A DNA stretch of 53,934 nucleotides. It comes from Trichoplax sp. H2. Lineage: Eukaryota. The position numbers were made by a program, and so were the translations under genes. Shown piece after piece: positions 39,599 to 53,364 of the stretch. The stretch is taken from assembly GCA_003344405.1 (NCBI GenBank), contig NOWV01000164.1:124001-177934 (forward strand), written 5' to 3'. The notes below the pieces were generated by a model. The model worked only from the letters and a program-made list of their open reading frames with translations, did not search any database and had not been told where the DNA came from. Each line of letters starts with the position of its first letter. Positions within the stretch are counted from its first letter, which is position 1.

Positions 39599-42500
39599 TT
39601 AGTTTGAAGGTTGACATTCGTAATGATACGCCAGATGATCGTCATCCAAGGTTCTACAACATGGAGGCAGATAACGATAATCTGTATGGTAGTCTGATAA
39701 ATACTTATTACAATATTTACATTTGCTGTTAAAGAGGTTCTTGTAACTAGCCAGCCAATTCTAATTATGAAATTAAAGTATTCCGTTAGTTTATTAATCC
39801 AGATGTGACGTAAAATAGATAATAAGAAAGCTCTTTTATTTTTACCAAGAACAATTCCAAGGCTGCAGCAGGAGTATTATTACCATAATAATGCAATGAT
39901 GCCGATGTTGCACGTAATGTAACCTGGAATAAAGCACATTAAAAATGAAAATAGCGAAAGTTTCGTGATCAAGTTAACATTTAACATTATGCGTTACTAT
40001 AATGTTATCCTAACCAATTTAAAAACTTGATACGTCGATGTAGTTCGAGTTTTTGCCTATTGATTGAGACATAGATAAATTGTTGGCATCAAAATATATT
40101 TCTAAATACGTTAAGAAATTGAGTAAAGAAAAAGAGAAAAGATAATATAAATTGTAAAATTATAACATATTTTTAGCTAGTTTGATGCTAAGTACTTTAT
40201 TCAATTCTTCAGGAGCCATGACCAAAACCTTGGAGATCACTAAACTTTCAGTTATATATATAAGTGCTGTCATAGTGTTTTTGATAGTTACCTATAATTT
40301 TAATTTGTTGAACAATTATGGATACAATTGCAATTGAAGAATGATCATACATAATTGTAAGCACATAATTTTTAGATAATTACTTTAACTAAGGAGCCGC
40401 TGTTGCTACTTGTATCTATTACTAGTTCTTCGTGGGAGTTACCAATCCTTGTTAGAATGTCATTTTTACTATGAAAGAAGTACAAAATGGTAAAATTGAT
40501 TAATTGATCCATCAGTAAGTGTAGATGACAGATACATTAGATGCGATGACGATTATGCTAAATTAAAATAAATGTGCTAACATGTTCTGCAAATTGCTGA
40601 TATCATGATCTGCGTTTCTGGATAGTTTATCATCATTTTCATTTTGTAGAAAATTAATTTCGTGTTGTCGTTTGTCCATAATTTGGTATATAACTTTACT
40701 GTTTGTTTTTACCTACCAAGAATGAAGCATAAGGTTTTACTATTTTAGAAGGTAGAAAATCAGGATAAGCTTACACAATAATGACATCAAATTGTAGAGG
40801 GGTCAATAGGTGAAAAATGTTATTTTGAAAGCATTTCCTAAAAATTAGGGTAGCCGTAGCAAATTTGCAATCTAAATTAACTGTAATAAGAGTAGGACTA
40901 GCTATATAGTCGTAAGTACAACACAGAATCCAGTTATACAGGTATTATTTGGACGATTTCTGTTTTAGAGTACATCTATAATAATGTTTAGAGAATATTT
41001 TTTCTATATACGCTCGTGTATGTAGCTTGGTTATACTGTAGTAACTCTCTTTTAGATATACTGTACTGTCATGATAACATTGTCGATCAAATGAAGGTTC
41101 AATACTATTTTAAATCATAGGCAAATTTTTGCAACTTACATTTTGATTCCATTCATACGAATTGATCAGATCTTGGTGTGTTGATTTTCCTTCCAATTGA
41201 GGATCGTAAAGTAGCAGAGAGGGAAGTGCAGAAGAGGGTGGCAAAGAAGGCATGCTTTTGAATTCTGCATTGCTCAATTGCCTAGTTCAAATTATTTAAA
41301 AGCATATCTTTACATACAGTACCATTTCAAAGATAGATATTACCAAATGATGCAATTACATTATCGCAGGGAATTTTTTCGATGGAAATTATTGTAGCAG
41401 TTATTAACTTCGTACATGATATGATTAGCATGTCTTTTGCACTTTTATCCGTATTGTTTATATTTGCATTGCAATGATAGCAGTACAATAATTTCCTAAT
41501 CTACATCGCGATTGACCGTATTTAACGGTTATTATTAATTTAGTATGTCAAATTACGTTTCCTTTAACAGTCTCATATTCCATGTTATATTGACTGTATA
41601 GTTTACTGTAAATCTGATAATACTGTCTTGTCATTGCATGAATTGGATGACAGGGATACTCGTATTTACAATCGCTTACTAAAATGATGCTATACAGTAT
41701 CACGGATGTTACGCTGAATACAAAGATTAAAAAGGATGGCAATGTTGACTTGTATGGCAGTTTAAATTAATGTATAGTATTATGTGTACAGTAAGTAGAT
41801 TGGGCTAGTGCCATTAGTCCATATCGAAATGGATAGCATCAATCTGAGGAAAAATGGTAATGGATAAGAAGAGTAACTCAACTACGCAAGCTGGTCTCAA
41901 TTGTTTGTTATTCTTACACCATATCATCATGACGACTTTAATACAAGTAGTGGGTTATTTGTATCGCCTAAAAGGATCGGATACAACGTATGATAGCACC
42001 TGTGTAGCCCAATATCATGATGAAGTATACAATATAGGAGTAATTTTCGTAGTTTATGACTGGCTGTATGAAGACTTGGTGAAAGTAGTGATGAATTTTA
42101 ATGATTTCATTCTACAGGGCAATATGACACTAGTAATTTCATGCTGCTATCCATTGCAAGTCGCTGGTATCGGAATGGGTTATAACTGCTGATCCCAGTC
42201 TATTTTGAATTAAGATTGCAGCTACAATCATGGATGGGTTGTTATTTTAATGCGATCTATTGCAATGATTAAGTAGTAAATATGGCCATTTTGAAGGGTG
42301 GTATTCCGCTCTTGTATTCAAGGGTAGACTATGTTGACTGTCTACCTACATTAAATGGTGTTTAATACTGGTATTTGCGTCCTCTAATTTCTGTTTCAGT
42401 TGAGTCATATTCTTCGTTTGGGTATCAGCATCCTCTTGATGATGAGCAGCTAAGATTTGATCATTGAGATCGTTGAAGAGATCTTTGACATTCCAACGTA

Positions 42501-42639
42501 GTTCTCGTATCGCATGAAGAGCATCTTGTAATTTTAGTAAATTAGCTTCAACAGTTGTGCTGTCATTGGACGTTGATCCATTTTGACTTGGATTACTGTC
42601 AGTATTGGAGGTAGAAATTCCGTTGGAGTTTCCGTTCAT
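39599..42639 (-). CDS. MED27: Mediator of RNA polymerase II transcription subunit 27
   Basis: Minus-strand exons 42639-42350, 41281-41140, 40712-40582, 40468-40384, 40291-40196, 40056-40015, 39923-39846, 39760-39599 join in phase. Translation: LQDALHAIRELRWNVKDLFNDL...LLYDPQLEGKSTHQDLINSYEWNQN...STYQVFKLVTLRATSASLHYY...NWLASYKNLFNSKCKYCNKYL...LPPCCR...AYHYECQ. This matches the MED27 pattern YQVFxxVT, WLxSYxxLFxxxCxxC, LPP, HxxC. Confidence 0.9.
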
Positions 42640-42802
42640 GATTGACAAGATAGCAGTCCAAATTAGCTGTTGGCTGGCCTACAATGTTTGCCCTTGAAAT
42701 GGAGAACAGGAAGCCAACAGGCGTACAATCAATTAGCGGCGGGAACTTTCTCAAACCTCTTCGCTTGAGCAGGAGGTTAAAAGTCCTTTTAAATTCCTTA
42801 TT

Positions 42803-44400
42803 CTGGTGATGCTGGTGTGGACAACAGATTCAGGTCCCGGACCCAACCGGACCGACTATCAGCAGTACTTTTGTACAGAAGAAGAAGACGCCAGTTTACA
42901 GTACACTGTACTGTATTTTACTGTACAATGTACTGTAATGGACTACAGTACAGTGTTGAATTAGTTATTCTAGTGATGCTGGTGTGGACAAAAGAAAGCC
43001 AAACAATGGAGTCACTCATACTGTACTGTACGATTGCTTCTGTACCGCATGCTCAGTGTCCGGTAAGGTAACTCGTGTTTACAGTACTTTGTACGTATTA
43101 CTGTACTGTACAGTACAGACTGTACACTCTACTCTTCGATTGATTCTGTACCGCATGCTCAATGTCCGGCACGGTACGGTAACTGTCGGTTCTGGTCCGG
43201 GACCGGACCGGACCGACTATGAGCAGTGTACTGTACTTTTGTACAGAGGAAGAAGACGCCAGTTTATAGTACTGTACACTGTATTGTACTGGACTGTGTA
43301 CAGTAGTCTGCTGACTACTGTACTGTACACTGTACAGTGCTCAATTCGCTATTCTAGTGATGCTGGTGTGGACAAAAGAAAGCCAAACAACGAGTCACTC
43401 ATACATAGCTTCAGACTCATTTCTGGATGGTTGTCGCTAGACCTGACTTGTCGCAGAGACATCGTGTCTACNNNNNNNNNNNNNNNNNNNNTGGTGTGGA
43501 CAACAGATTCAGGTCCCGGACCCAATCGGACCTACTATCAGCAGTACTTTTGTATAGAAGAAGAAGACGCCAGTTTACAGTACACTGTACTGTATTCTAC
43601 TGTACAATGTACTGTAATGGACTACAGTACAGTGTTGAATTAGCTATTCTAGAGATGCCAGGCGTGGACAAAAGAAAGCCAAACAACGGGGAGTCACTCA
43701 TACTGTACACTGTACACTGTACAGCACTGTATGTACTGTACGATTGATTCTGTACCGCATGCTCAGTGTCCGGTAAGGTAACTCGTGTTTACAGTACTTT
43801 ATACGTACTACTGTACTGTACTGTACTGTACACTCTACTCTTCGATTGATTCTGTACCGCATGCTCAGTGTCCGGCACAGTACGGTAACTGTCGGTTCAG
43901 GTCCGGGACCGGACCGGACCGACTATCAGCGGTGTACAGTACACTGTCACTGTACAGTACAGTACAGTACTGTACTGTACAGTACTGTACTTTTGTACAG
44001 AGGAAGAAGACGCCAGTTTATAGTACATTGTACTGTACACTGTATTGTACTGGACTGTGTAGTCTGCTGACTACTGTACTGTACAGTGCTCAATTCGCTA
44101 TTCTAGTGATGCTGGTGTGGACAAAAGAAAGCCAAACAACGAGTCACTCATACATAGCTTCAGACTCATTTCTGGATGGTTGTCGCTAGACCTGACTTGT
44201 CGCAGAGACATCGTGTCTACGGTACTTTGTACGTACTACTGTTCGATCCAGCCTTTAGCGCATGCTCAGTGTCCGGTCCGGTACCGGTAACTGTCAGTTC
44301 AGGTCCCGGACCGGGCCGACTATCAGCAGTACTTTTGTACAGTAGAAGAAGACGCCAGTTTATAGTACAGTACACACTGTATTGTACTGGACTACTGTGC
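42803..44400. repeat. Complex modular tandem repeat: conserved blocks separated by (TACTG)/(CAGTA) simple repeats
   Basis: Block GATGCTGGTGTGGACAA (or close variant) recurs at ~42808, 42975, 43359, 43492, 43654 and 44108. Block CCGACTATCAGC...AGAAGACGCCAGTTTA recurs five times. Block GCATGCTCAGTGTCCGG also recurs. Confidence 0.92.
43472..43491. other. Assembly gap (20 N)
   Basis: Run of N in the sequence. Confidence 1.
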
Positions 44401-44483
44401 TAAATTTACTGAGGTCTTGCTGCACGGTGATGTCCAACATGATATTGTGTGACTGCCAATCACGGACAATTTATTGATGCTAG

Positions 44484-45015
44484 GAAATATTTAGACTGCC
44501 AACTCGATTTCTGAAATCAAGGATACAAAAATTTCAACGCTCCACTACCTTACTGGTGGCTCGTGATTTTGGACTGTAGTAAACTTAATGATTATTGATT
44601 GCTTTTCTATTGAATAGCAAGAGTGTGAATCGAAAGGGGCCAATTCCAGCAATATTGAGTTCAATAATTGGCTCATACAGTACTGTACTGTAGTTGACAC
44701 AGACTTTCTTTGCTACAAAATTGAGGCAATTCATTGCATTGTCAATGCAACAGGTTTAATTACTGTTAACGACGACAGTCTTTTCCATCTGGATATCCTA
44801 ATTCATTGGTAAAGTCGATATCACCTATGGAATACGATACAGATACCATCTATACGAAGGTTCAAACCTTTTGCCAAAATATGCAAACCCCAAGAACTTT
44901 GGAGGAGCTTATGAAAGACATTCATTGCTATGATGAAAATTTACTCCAAGACTGCATCAAGAGGTTACCCTCAACCAATGGCATGTACGTAGGAGTAGAA
45001 TATGATCAACAGTAG
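44484..45015 (+). CDS. Possible 3' exons of an unidentified gene
   Basis: Candidate in-phase exons 44484-44555, 44618-44725 (GC donor) and 44779-45015 give EIFRLPTRFLKSRIQKFQRSTTLL-QECESKGANSSNIEFNNWLIQYCTVVDTDFLCYKIE-SFPSGYPNSLVKSISPMEYDTDTIYTKVQTFCQNMQTPRTLEELMKDIHCYDENLLQDCIKRLPSTNGMYVGVEYDQQ*. No family recognised. Confidence 0.3.
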
Positions 45016-45483
45016 ATCCGTAGAATATTCTACCTTATTGCATAGGCTAAATGCAATCACTATCTCTACAATAGAATAGGATAGATACTCTTGTAGTGGT
45101 CAAGCTTGTACAGTATTATTGTTAACGGATAAAAAGTTTGATCAATCATTTTGTATTCACCATTTGCTTTTGCTATCTTACGTTGCAAGGATTGACTTGC
45201 ATATTATTTCATATCCGGTATATTATTTCCTAGACATCTCTATCAACTAAGTAGTAAAGACGATAATACGATCCACATGATTTGGAAAATATTTTCTTCG
45301 GAAAAAACCAAACAGGATATGGCGTGTACGAGTCCTCGGCCCAGGTTGCATAAACTTCACATTTTGCTGTTATAATGCTGGATATTCGCTTTTGCTTTGT
45401 TGTAATAGAATACAATCTTATTGATTATGTTGCATTGATAAATTTAATTATATCGTACGATTCCATGGCTGTATCTGGAGTAG

Positions 45484-46286
45484 CACCCCACAACAACGAC
45501 TTCCAACTACACCAGTAAGCAATCCATTTATCAATACTAAAATTAAAATATTTCAATTCTCCTCTCAACAACAAATGCTCGTATTTTAGCATCATACGAT
45601 ACAATGTTAAGAATTATTGAATTTTAATCACTCTGATATGACTATTATTGATGTTATAGGGATCAGCACGAAAGAGGACTATAGCTACACCTGATAAAAG
45701 CGTGCTATTAAAACAATATAATGACTTGCAAGCAAGACTAGTATCTTTGGATAATGATATTGCTAAACTCGATACACAGTTAGTCAGCTATGAAATAAAA
45801 TAATGATCTGTATAAACTTAATAAAATAAAATACAATTACTTATCAAGTGCACAAGTTTGAGATGGTCATTGAACTTTTTATCATAATTGAAATTAATTT
45901 AAGACTAAGATTGTATTTCAATCATTGCTAATGATACTTTCTTAAATTTATGATGAAGTTATAATGAAGAGGACCTGGCACTTTTTATTGATAAGCTTCA
46001 CCAGTATAATGAAATAAAAGACATTGGACAGATCTTGTTGGGGAAACTTGGTAAGTTTATTTTAGTACAAATTGTTGTAGCTTAACAAGGTAGCTACAAT
46101 TTCAGGCATGTTGTATAGGTGTAGTATATAGTAATAATCTACGTGATACAGTAAGATGCCTTGAACCATACTTAATACCATATCATTTAACGCCATTTTT
46201 TTTTATTTAAATTGATTGCAGCTGAGGTTGAAGGTGTCCTAGTAAAAGATTTATATGATAGATTTGGCTTAGACATGGAAGACTAA
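45484..46286 (+). CDS. SWI5: DNA repair protein SWI5 homolog (SWI5/Sae3 family); start codon not resolved
   Basis: Exons 45660-45778, 45959-46050 and 46222-46286 give LLKQYNDLQARLVSLDNDIAKLDTH-YNEEDLALFIDKLHQYNEIKDIGQILLGKLAEVEGVLVKDLYDRFGLDMED*, which contains the SWI5 signature LHxYNxIKDxGQxLxGKLA. A probable upstream exon ends at 45514 (TPQQRLPTTP). Confidence 0.9.
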
Positions 46287-49200
46287 TGAAATTAAATGTA
46301 CCTAGAGTTCTTTAATTTATGTCTTAGTATATAAGCCTGTTTGAAAATTGCGTATATTCAAATAGTGTCTTGTAAATACTAGTACTACTCGAAAAGGATC
46401 CTTATTACCAAAGAATTGATGTAATACAGTGCAGAACTGCTATATTGGATAATGTAAATAGAGATATAAATTCTTACATTGGATAAAATATTTCAACTCC
46501 AGTTTATAATGTCATCAATTACATGCATAAATAATTATTTGTACAAGCATGTAATTCAGTGTTGCTTTATTTAAGGTTTAAATTATTTTAAATGACTATA
46601 GCGAATACGGGTTAGAAATCGCTCTAGAAACAAATGATCTCTTGTTGTGAAAATGTGCTACTTGCAAGTCAAGTGCAAGAATCAAATTTATGCGATTTTA
46701 AGCCATGTTGATCATAACGAGTTTAGTTTGATCAAAGTTTAAAATAAATTTTCTTAAGAATTCTTGTCCAAAAAGTGTAATTTTGATAGTTCTATACTAA
46801 ACAGAGGAGATATTAAGCCGATTGTATCAATACAAACCCTAATTAATTATTTTAATTGATAATCTGATGAATGTATTAGTGATTTTAGCTGCCTGAATTA
46901 GTGGTGAAAGGACGCTTACAGTAGTATCAAGATGATATACTAAGAGTATGTGGTAACTATCAGCGAATTAATATTTTAAATGAGGACATCTATATTCAGT
47001 TTTTGTACGTTGTAAAGTATAAGTTAACAGAAGGGACGATTGTTCTCTTACAATTTGTTGGAGAACTTGACTGCCGTACTCAATAGGGTTTGTAAGATGA
47101 TAGGTGGGTTAAAATGAGGATATTTTATGTAGTATTAATAAACAAATGTACGATGTTCACTTCCTGACTGTATTCTTAAGTCGAGGAAAGCAACATATTC
47201 AGTAGCTTATCTTGCAAGTGCATACTTCCTCTTTTTATGAAGATAATCACAGATTTGAGTAATGATTATAAAGATTTGATAAATTGATGTAAAATATTTC
47301 CAATTTTGCTATATCATAGCCCTTTAAGTATTTGAATTAGGTATACTGCACCATATTTTAATAATATTCCAGTGAATAGTGATATCAGCTTTCTCCAATA
47401 TAGATATATAATCTATGGTAATATAACATAGCGAAACGATTACTTATAATATTTTCGGCCTTCTTCCTTCGCAACATTCCCTGCTTTGATTGGCAAGCAA
47501 CATATTTGCTACATCCCATGTCCTTACTATGCGACATTGCAATATTATCGTATGCTGGTATACAGTACTGTATGCAAATATAACTGTGACAGTATCAACT
47601 TTGCATCAAGCAGTGAGCAATGGGCGATACAGAGTATTTTTCATCATTGAGATATAAAGTAATGACTACTGTTTAGTTCATAATTAATTTATAGATACAG
47701 TACAGTGGAAAAAGGCTTTTAGAAATAAAAAAGAAAATCTTATCAAATAATCTCTTTACTGAAATATCATCTTTCACTAAGGGGTGATAATAAAAAACAA
47801 AAAGCGCGAGTATGGCGGCAAAGCCCTAGCTGGTGGCCATGTCGCCAGACACAGCCCCTATAGTCTAAAACACGCCTATAAGTTGTTAAAAAGTCATTTG
47901 AAGAGGTTAGTTGATTAGCCATTATTATCTACGTTAAAAAACAACCGAGGACATTGTAATAAGGGCGTCTCACACTAATTATCTTAGTCAAATGGTATTT
48001 TCTAAAAGGCTGTTATTACAAGGCTTTAGGAATAGTAGAGCAATCATTAATTGCTACGAGAATCTAGTCTAAATCGAAAGTATTCCGAGCTCAAAGCGAA
48101 GTGAAGTCTCTTTTCTTCTGTGAGCTGATCTCTGCAGTTCTTATAAACATTTCGCTCAATCCATTTATGACAACTTGATTAATCTACAAGCAGACATGAG
48201 TCATCAAAAAAATTAATTTTCTCTAATAGTGCATCATTATTTTCTACCATCTAAATCATTCTACTCAAGATGTCACTACTCTTCTATTCGCGTTTAGGCC
48301 CTTTCTCCGAAGGGCATCTTAACCACTACAGTGTTTCTAGCTACATCAATCTTGCACCATAATTAGTCAACTGGCTACTATTAGTCGTCAACAATTTCTA
48401 ATATAGTAGTTAGCAATCATCTAATATTAGCTTCACGATAGTATCTATTTAAAGTAACCTAACTATATCAAATATAGCTATCCGTATAATCAAATATGGG
48501 TGCATCACTACAGATATACATAGTTGAAAAAGGTATGCGATATTTGACTTTGAAAACCATTGTTATTGTTATTTCTACGCGTAATTACGTGCGAATGTAT
48601 AGTATATTCGTATTAGTCATCATATAGGCGCGGCGCCATTGTGCCATTTTTCTTTCTTTTACTGAGCAATCATACGCATAGGTGAAGAATTAGTCATAGA
48701 AACATTTGCACATACCAAGTATGGAAAAAATGTTGATATTATTGATTGTACAATCATTTTATTACTTTGTTAAAGAATGATTCGCATACGAACTGTAATA
48801 AAAGCGCAAACTTGTCCGTGCTAAAGTATGAGAAAGACCGTAGTATTCACGTTGCTACCTGTAATTATTTCCATAGTCTCCTATCTGTAAGGTGTTCATA
48901 AGATTTCATGTTGGAAGTAACTTAATTCTTCTTAAGTTATCTACCTCTCCCTGATATACGTTCCTCGTGGATTCTGAATAAAATCCTGACAACTCTTAAC
49001 CTTAACGAGCTTGCATGCCCCTTCGTGGCCTACCCTTTTCATTAACGAATTTCGGTCTATACTTTGCGTACTAATAGAAAGTTTACACTAGTACATTGGT
49101 GTGCGCTGGTACTATATATATATAAGGAGGCTCTTTACAACACCTGATTAACGAAAGGACTAGCTTAAACAGTATCTTCTAAACCTGCATAACTTTTTTT

Positions 49201-52200
49201 TTTCAATTTGATAAATGCTTTGAATAGAATAAAATAATTTAATCAAAGGTTGCAATTGATCAGAATGAGGATAGAATAGGATATACTGGGCAACAAGTTG
49301 CCAGCTTATTTTATAATCCTGGGTTAGCGAATGACTTCAGTTAAACTAGGATAGCCTTAAAGCGTTATACAGCATCTACCTAGATATGCGCAAAGTAATG
49401 TAAGCTATCACTTCACCGATATACTATATATTGCTCTTATATGTAATCCATCAGTAATGCAGCATATATTTGATCACTATTTTTAACGCCATCAACAATA
49501 ATTGTAAGGATGAAGTATATGATTACGGCTTCATTTGAACTGACTGATATTGAATATTATGATTTCGTTAAAAATGCTATACAGACCATTTCATGAAAGG
49601 ATCAATGATAATCATGCCATTAGTATTAATAACTACCCAGCATATCCAGATTTTTTTGCAGATTAAAAATTATTATTCCTCGTTTCTGTATGATATCAAT
49701 ACTTTCCAAGTAGCGTTGTTTATATTTACTCACTTCGTGTATAGCCCACTATCTTAATTTGAAACTGCACTCTAATGGATTGTTTTATTTGAATTTTTAT
49801 CGGTAGTTTAGATAAAAAAGTTACCGTTTATTTACGGTGCTGTAGGATTAATCCCTTCAAGCAGTTTCTTTCTACTTATATCATTTATGTGTAGCCTTAA
49901 TGTATTAACTGAAAGTTAACAGTGTCTATCAAGCTTATGGTATAATGCATGGTATAGATATTGCCTGTCGATATTTTGATCTATAGATCAACTCCTGTAG
50001 TTAATATTTCACAGTTAACATCAACTTAGGTGATATCGAAATTTTGCGAGAAATTAAGCAAAGACCTATCACATTACTAGTGACTTGATAAGGACTCATG
50101 ATGGGCGAATTTATAAGATATCAGTAATTTATACTTTAGTGGATACATTCATTTAATTATATCTTTGGCAGATAGAATCATTTAATTACATCTTTGCTTA
50201 CATTTTGATAATTTTCAGAGTATATTAAACGGTCATATATACAGTAGCATAAGTGTAAGCTAGATCTTGCTCGAAACTAGTTGATATCACGAATACTGGC
50301 TACGAGTTGTTACTAATTTATTATATATTTGTTTTTGAGACTACACACTAATTGGTGCGTACCCTAAAAGCAAATAGAATTTTTACATTAAATACACATA
50401 TTTTTTAGAAAGCAAAATAGCGCATTATGGTATAAAAATTTTTATAAGATACGATAAACACTCAGTATTGTTGCTTATGATATAAAACATAGATTAGAGC
50501 AAAGTTATGACATATAAATAGATCAATTTATTTCTTTCATGTACTAAAAGTATCAATGCACCAAGTTACTGTATTAGGCAAAACTGTCATAATATCTATG
50601 TTGTAGGATCGATAACGATTTTAGTAAACCGGTTGCGTAGTGTTTTGACTAAGGCACTATTTTTATTCAACATATTTGACTAAATTAGATCTGATAGTCT
50701 ATTTTATGACGTCAGTAATAGTCATTATTCTCATCTAATGGTAAGCTAGTAAATATATGAACTAACGCTAAGGAATTTTTGTCTCTACAAATAGCTTTAA
50801 TACTGTGAATTGTGTGATACATGCATACCATACTTTAAGACTGGTAACTTACTGTACTTAGATATGTAGGTGATATATAAACTTTGTTAATACGTGTTTA
50901 CTGACTGTGATGATTTATAATATCTAACTAAGATCAATTTTTTTCGTTATTTACAAGCGTTGCCAGTGTGCTATGATTATTACAAAATTTGTAAAGGATC
51001 AATGTCATTAAAATGCAATAGTCTGGCATTAACTGAGGCATATTCTTCATTACAAGCAAAACATACGATTCTTGCGCTATAAATAATATGAACGGTCCAT
51101 GATATATTGATTCTCATAGATCATACTTGAACTATCATGATTTCAGTGTCGACAATTGACTAAGGAGCTTATTTAGGGATAATTGAATTGGTTGATGAAA
51201 GTAGATATATTATGTTGTTTTTATAATTTATTGCATGTACATCAGGACGTTATGTAATTTCTGTTCTATCGATTGTATAGAAAAAGAACTACATTATTAA
51301 CTCGATTAGTGCTGTTATGTTAGCACTATTGTTTTACTCCTGTTATTTGTAAAAATGTTTTATGGATAATTATATAATTTGCCGATTACGGTAAAAGTAT
51401 TTAAAATTGTTTTCTACATATTCGTATTTATTAGATATATTATAGTCTATTTGTGTAATGAATTCAATTTGTGGGCGATAGTATGCTTGTAGTAATAATT
51501 GAGAAGAATTTGTTTAAGCTCAATTTCATCAGTTAGATGAGTAAAATTGTCGCTGTGTTCATTAGCTATACCCGTCCATGATATGAGTATAGTTTAGTGA
51601 CTGATTGACTTGATGAATGTGGAAAAGTTTATCCTAGTTCTTAGTCAACTATGAGAGGTATTAGAGGTAATCGAATGATTCTAATTCTATTGATAATTAC
51701 TTGGTTAATTATTTTGGTACTGTGATTGTATTATGGTCGTACTTTTCTGAGAAATGATACACCCCTGTGTGATGAACGTCATATGATGCCAGTGTGTCGA
51801 GACTAATAGGAAGCTTGTGGGATAGACAAGGCGGTAGGAATAATATAATACAGTAGAGCTGTATAGAAAGTAATTAAGTTATTGACATAAAAAGAAAAAA
51901 AAATAGACCATCATTCATCCTTGACAATCCAGTGTTAATTAATCATGACATCCCTGACGGCCATGCCAAGGCATTATTGACAAACTTGAATGTATCGACC
52001 ATGATGATGATTGTTTTGATGTTATGCCAGTTATGACTGTTACTCGATTGATGTTGTGACTGGTAGATGGAATGAAAAATTGAAATGTTATTGGAACTAG
52101 TCTACATTGTACTGTATTGTTTGGTCTTGATATGATATTGTATTGATAGACTACGGAGAATGCAAGATTGGATCATAATTTGGATGAGCTGATAGCAGAT

Positions 52201-52489
52201 GGAACCAATGTGACCAATATCGCAGTGTACTGGGTTGGATGTAGAATCTCGTTGTAGAAAACATATCGGTTTTATGTCATTCATTGGTGTTGCTCTATAG
52301 CAAAATTAATTTATAACTTGATTAGCAGCAAAGAGAGATTTTCCTCTTCTTTTCCAAATTTTCCACAGAATTATGGTATTTACAGGAGTGCTTCACAAGA
52401 GATCGCGGTAAGTTGTCTGCTTATTGAATCCTTGATCCTTTATTAGTGGTGTACTATGGAGAATTTCACATGATACTTTATACGCGTAT

Positions 52490-52800
52490 CTGTATCGATT
52501 CTACCGGGACAAATGTTGTCGCTTGTAAATCTAGAATTAGGGTACTGTACAGTACAGTATGTTAGGCTTGTTAGCTGTATTGATGTACTGTACAGTACTG
52601 TATACTGTAAGTCATCTACAGTACATACTGTACCGTGTACAGTACGTCCTGTCTACAGTACTGTATTGTATCGATTCTATCGGGACTACTGTAGTAAATG
52701 TAGAATTAGCTGTATTGATGCATACTGGAAGTCATCGATGTCATATATACTGTGTACGTCCTGTCTATTGTTACAGCATACTGTAGAATGTAGACACCGA
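52490..52800. repeat. Degenerate GTAC-rich repeat with internal duplication
   Basis: TGTATCGATTCTAyCGGGAC at ~52491 and ~52667, GTAAATsTAGAATTAG twice, GTACGTCCTGTCTA twice, interspersed with TACTG/CAGTA runs. Confidence 0.75.
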
Positions 52801-53364
52801 TATTACACGGCCGCCATGTGCACATGCGTAGTACTGGTTCTTTCAACTGCGTCCTATGTCTGCAAGCGAACACAGTGTCTACTCTCCGTTACAATGGTCA
52901 TTCAAATGAGCTGTCCGCTGGGTTTACAGTCCCCCCCCCCCCTAATTGGGTAGAGCCTTTTGCAAGACTGAAGCGCGGGCCACCTCACGTCCCTGGCGCT
53001 ATTGACACTTTTGATAGAACGATGTGCAATGAAGAGACAGTACTGAGCACACTCAATAAATAGCTAGAAGTTGATTGGACACAGTACAGTATACTGTACT
53101 GGATGATATTGCGGACGCAGAGTAAGACGACAAAGTCTCATTTAAGAGAAGTAAGCATGGATCCAACAGTTGAGATTGTTTTTAGTTTCTTTTGGCGGAG
53201 TTACAATATCCATGCAACATGTCAGTGGCTGGAGCAATGCAGTGATTGAATGGATAAAAAGTCTTGCGTCTTATTTCTTAGTTGATTTTCGATCCATAAA
53301 TGTTTAATTGATTAATGCAATGAACTAATTAAGTTGAAGGCGATCATGTGACAAGTGTATTTAC

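Noticed and set aside
41548-42192. ORFs 41548-41742 (-) and 41854-42192 (+) as nested genes
   Set aside because: They lie in MED27 intron 1 with no recognisable motifs, and the MED27 exons join in phase without them.
42803-44400. CRISPR-like appearance (conserved blocks with variable spacers)
   Set aside because: The intervening sequences are homologous simple repeats rather than unique spacers, the period is hundreds of bp, there are no cas genes, and the context is eukaryotic.
42817-44403. Overlapping ORFs of 74-219 aa rich in YCTVL
   Set aside because: They are translations of the TACTG/CAGTA repeat, which is stop-poor in several frames. Two run through the N gap.
45465-45514. ATG at 45465 as the SWI5 start codon
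   Set aside because: Splicing from this frame into the exon at 45660 gives an early stop, so the true start is unresolved.
48298-48316. GCCCTT-TCTCCG-AAGGGC hairpin resembling a histone 3' stem-loop
   Set aside because: The loop is 6 nt rather than the canonical 4, and no histone gene is nearby.
52513-53063. ORFs of 75-146 aa
   Set aside because: They derive largely from the GTAC-rich repeat and poly-C tract. No recognisable protein.
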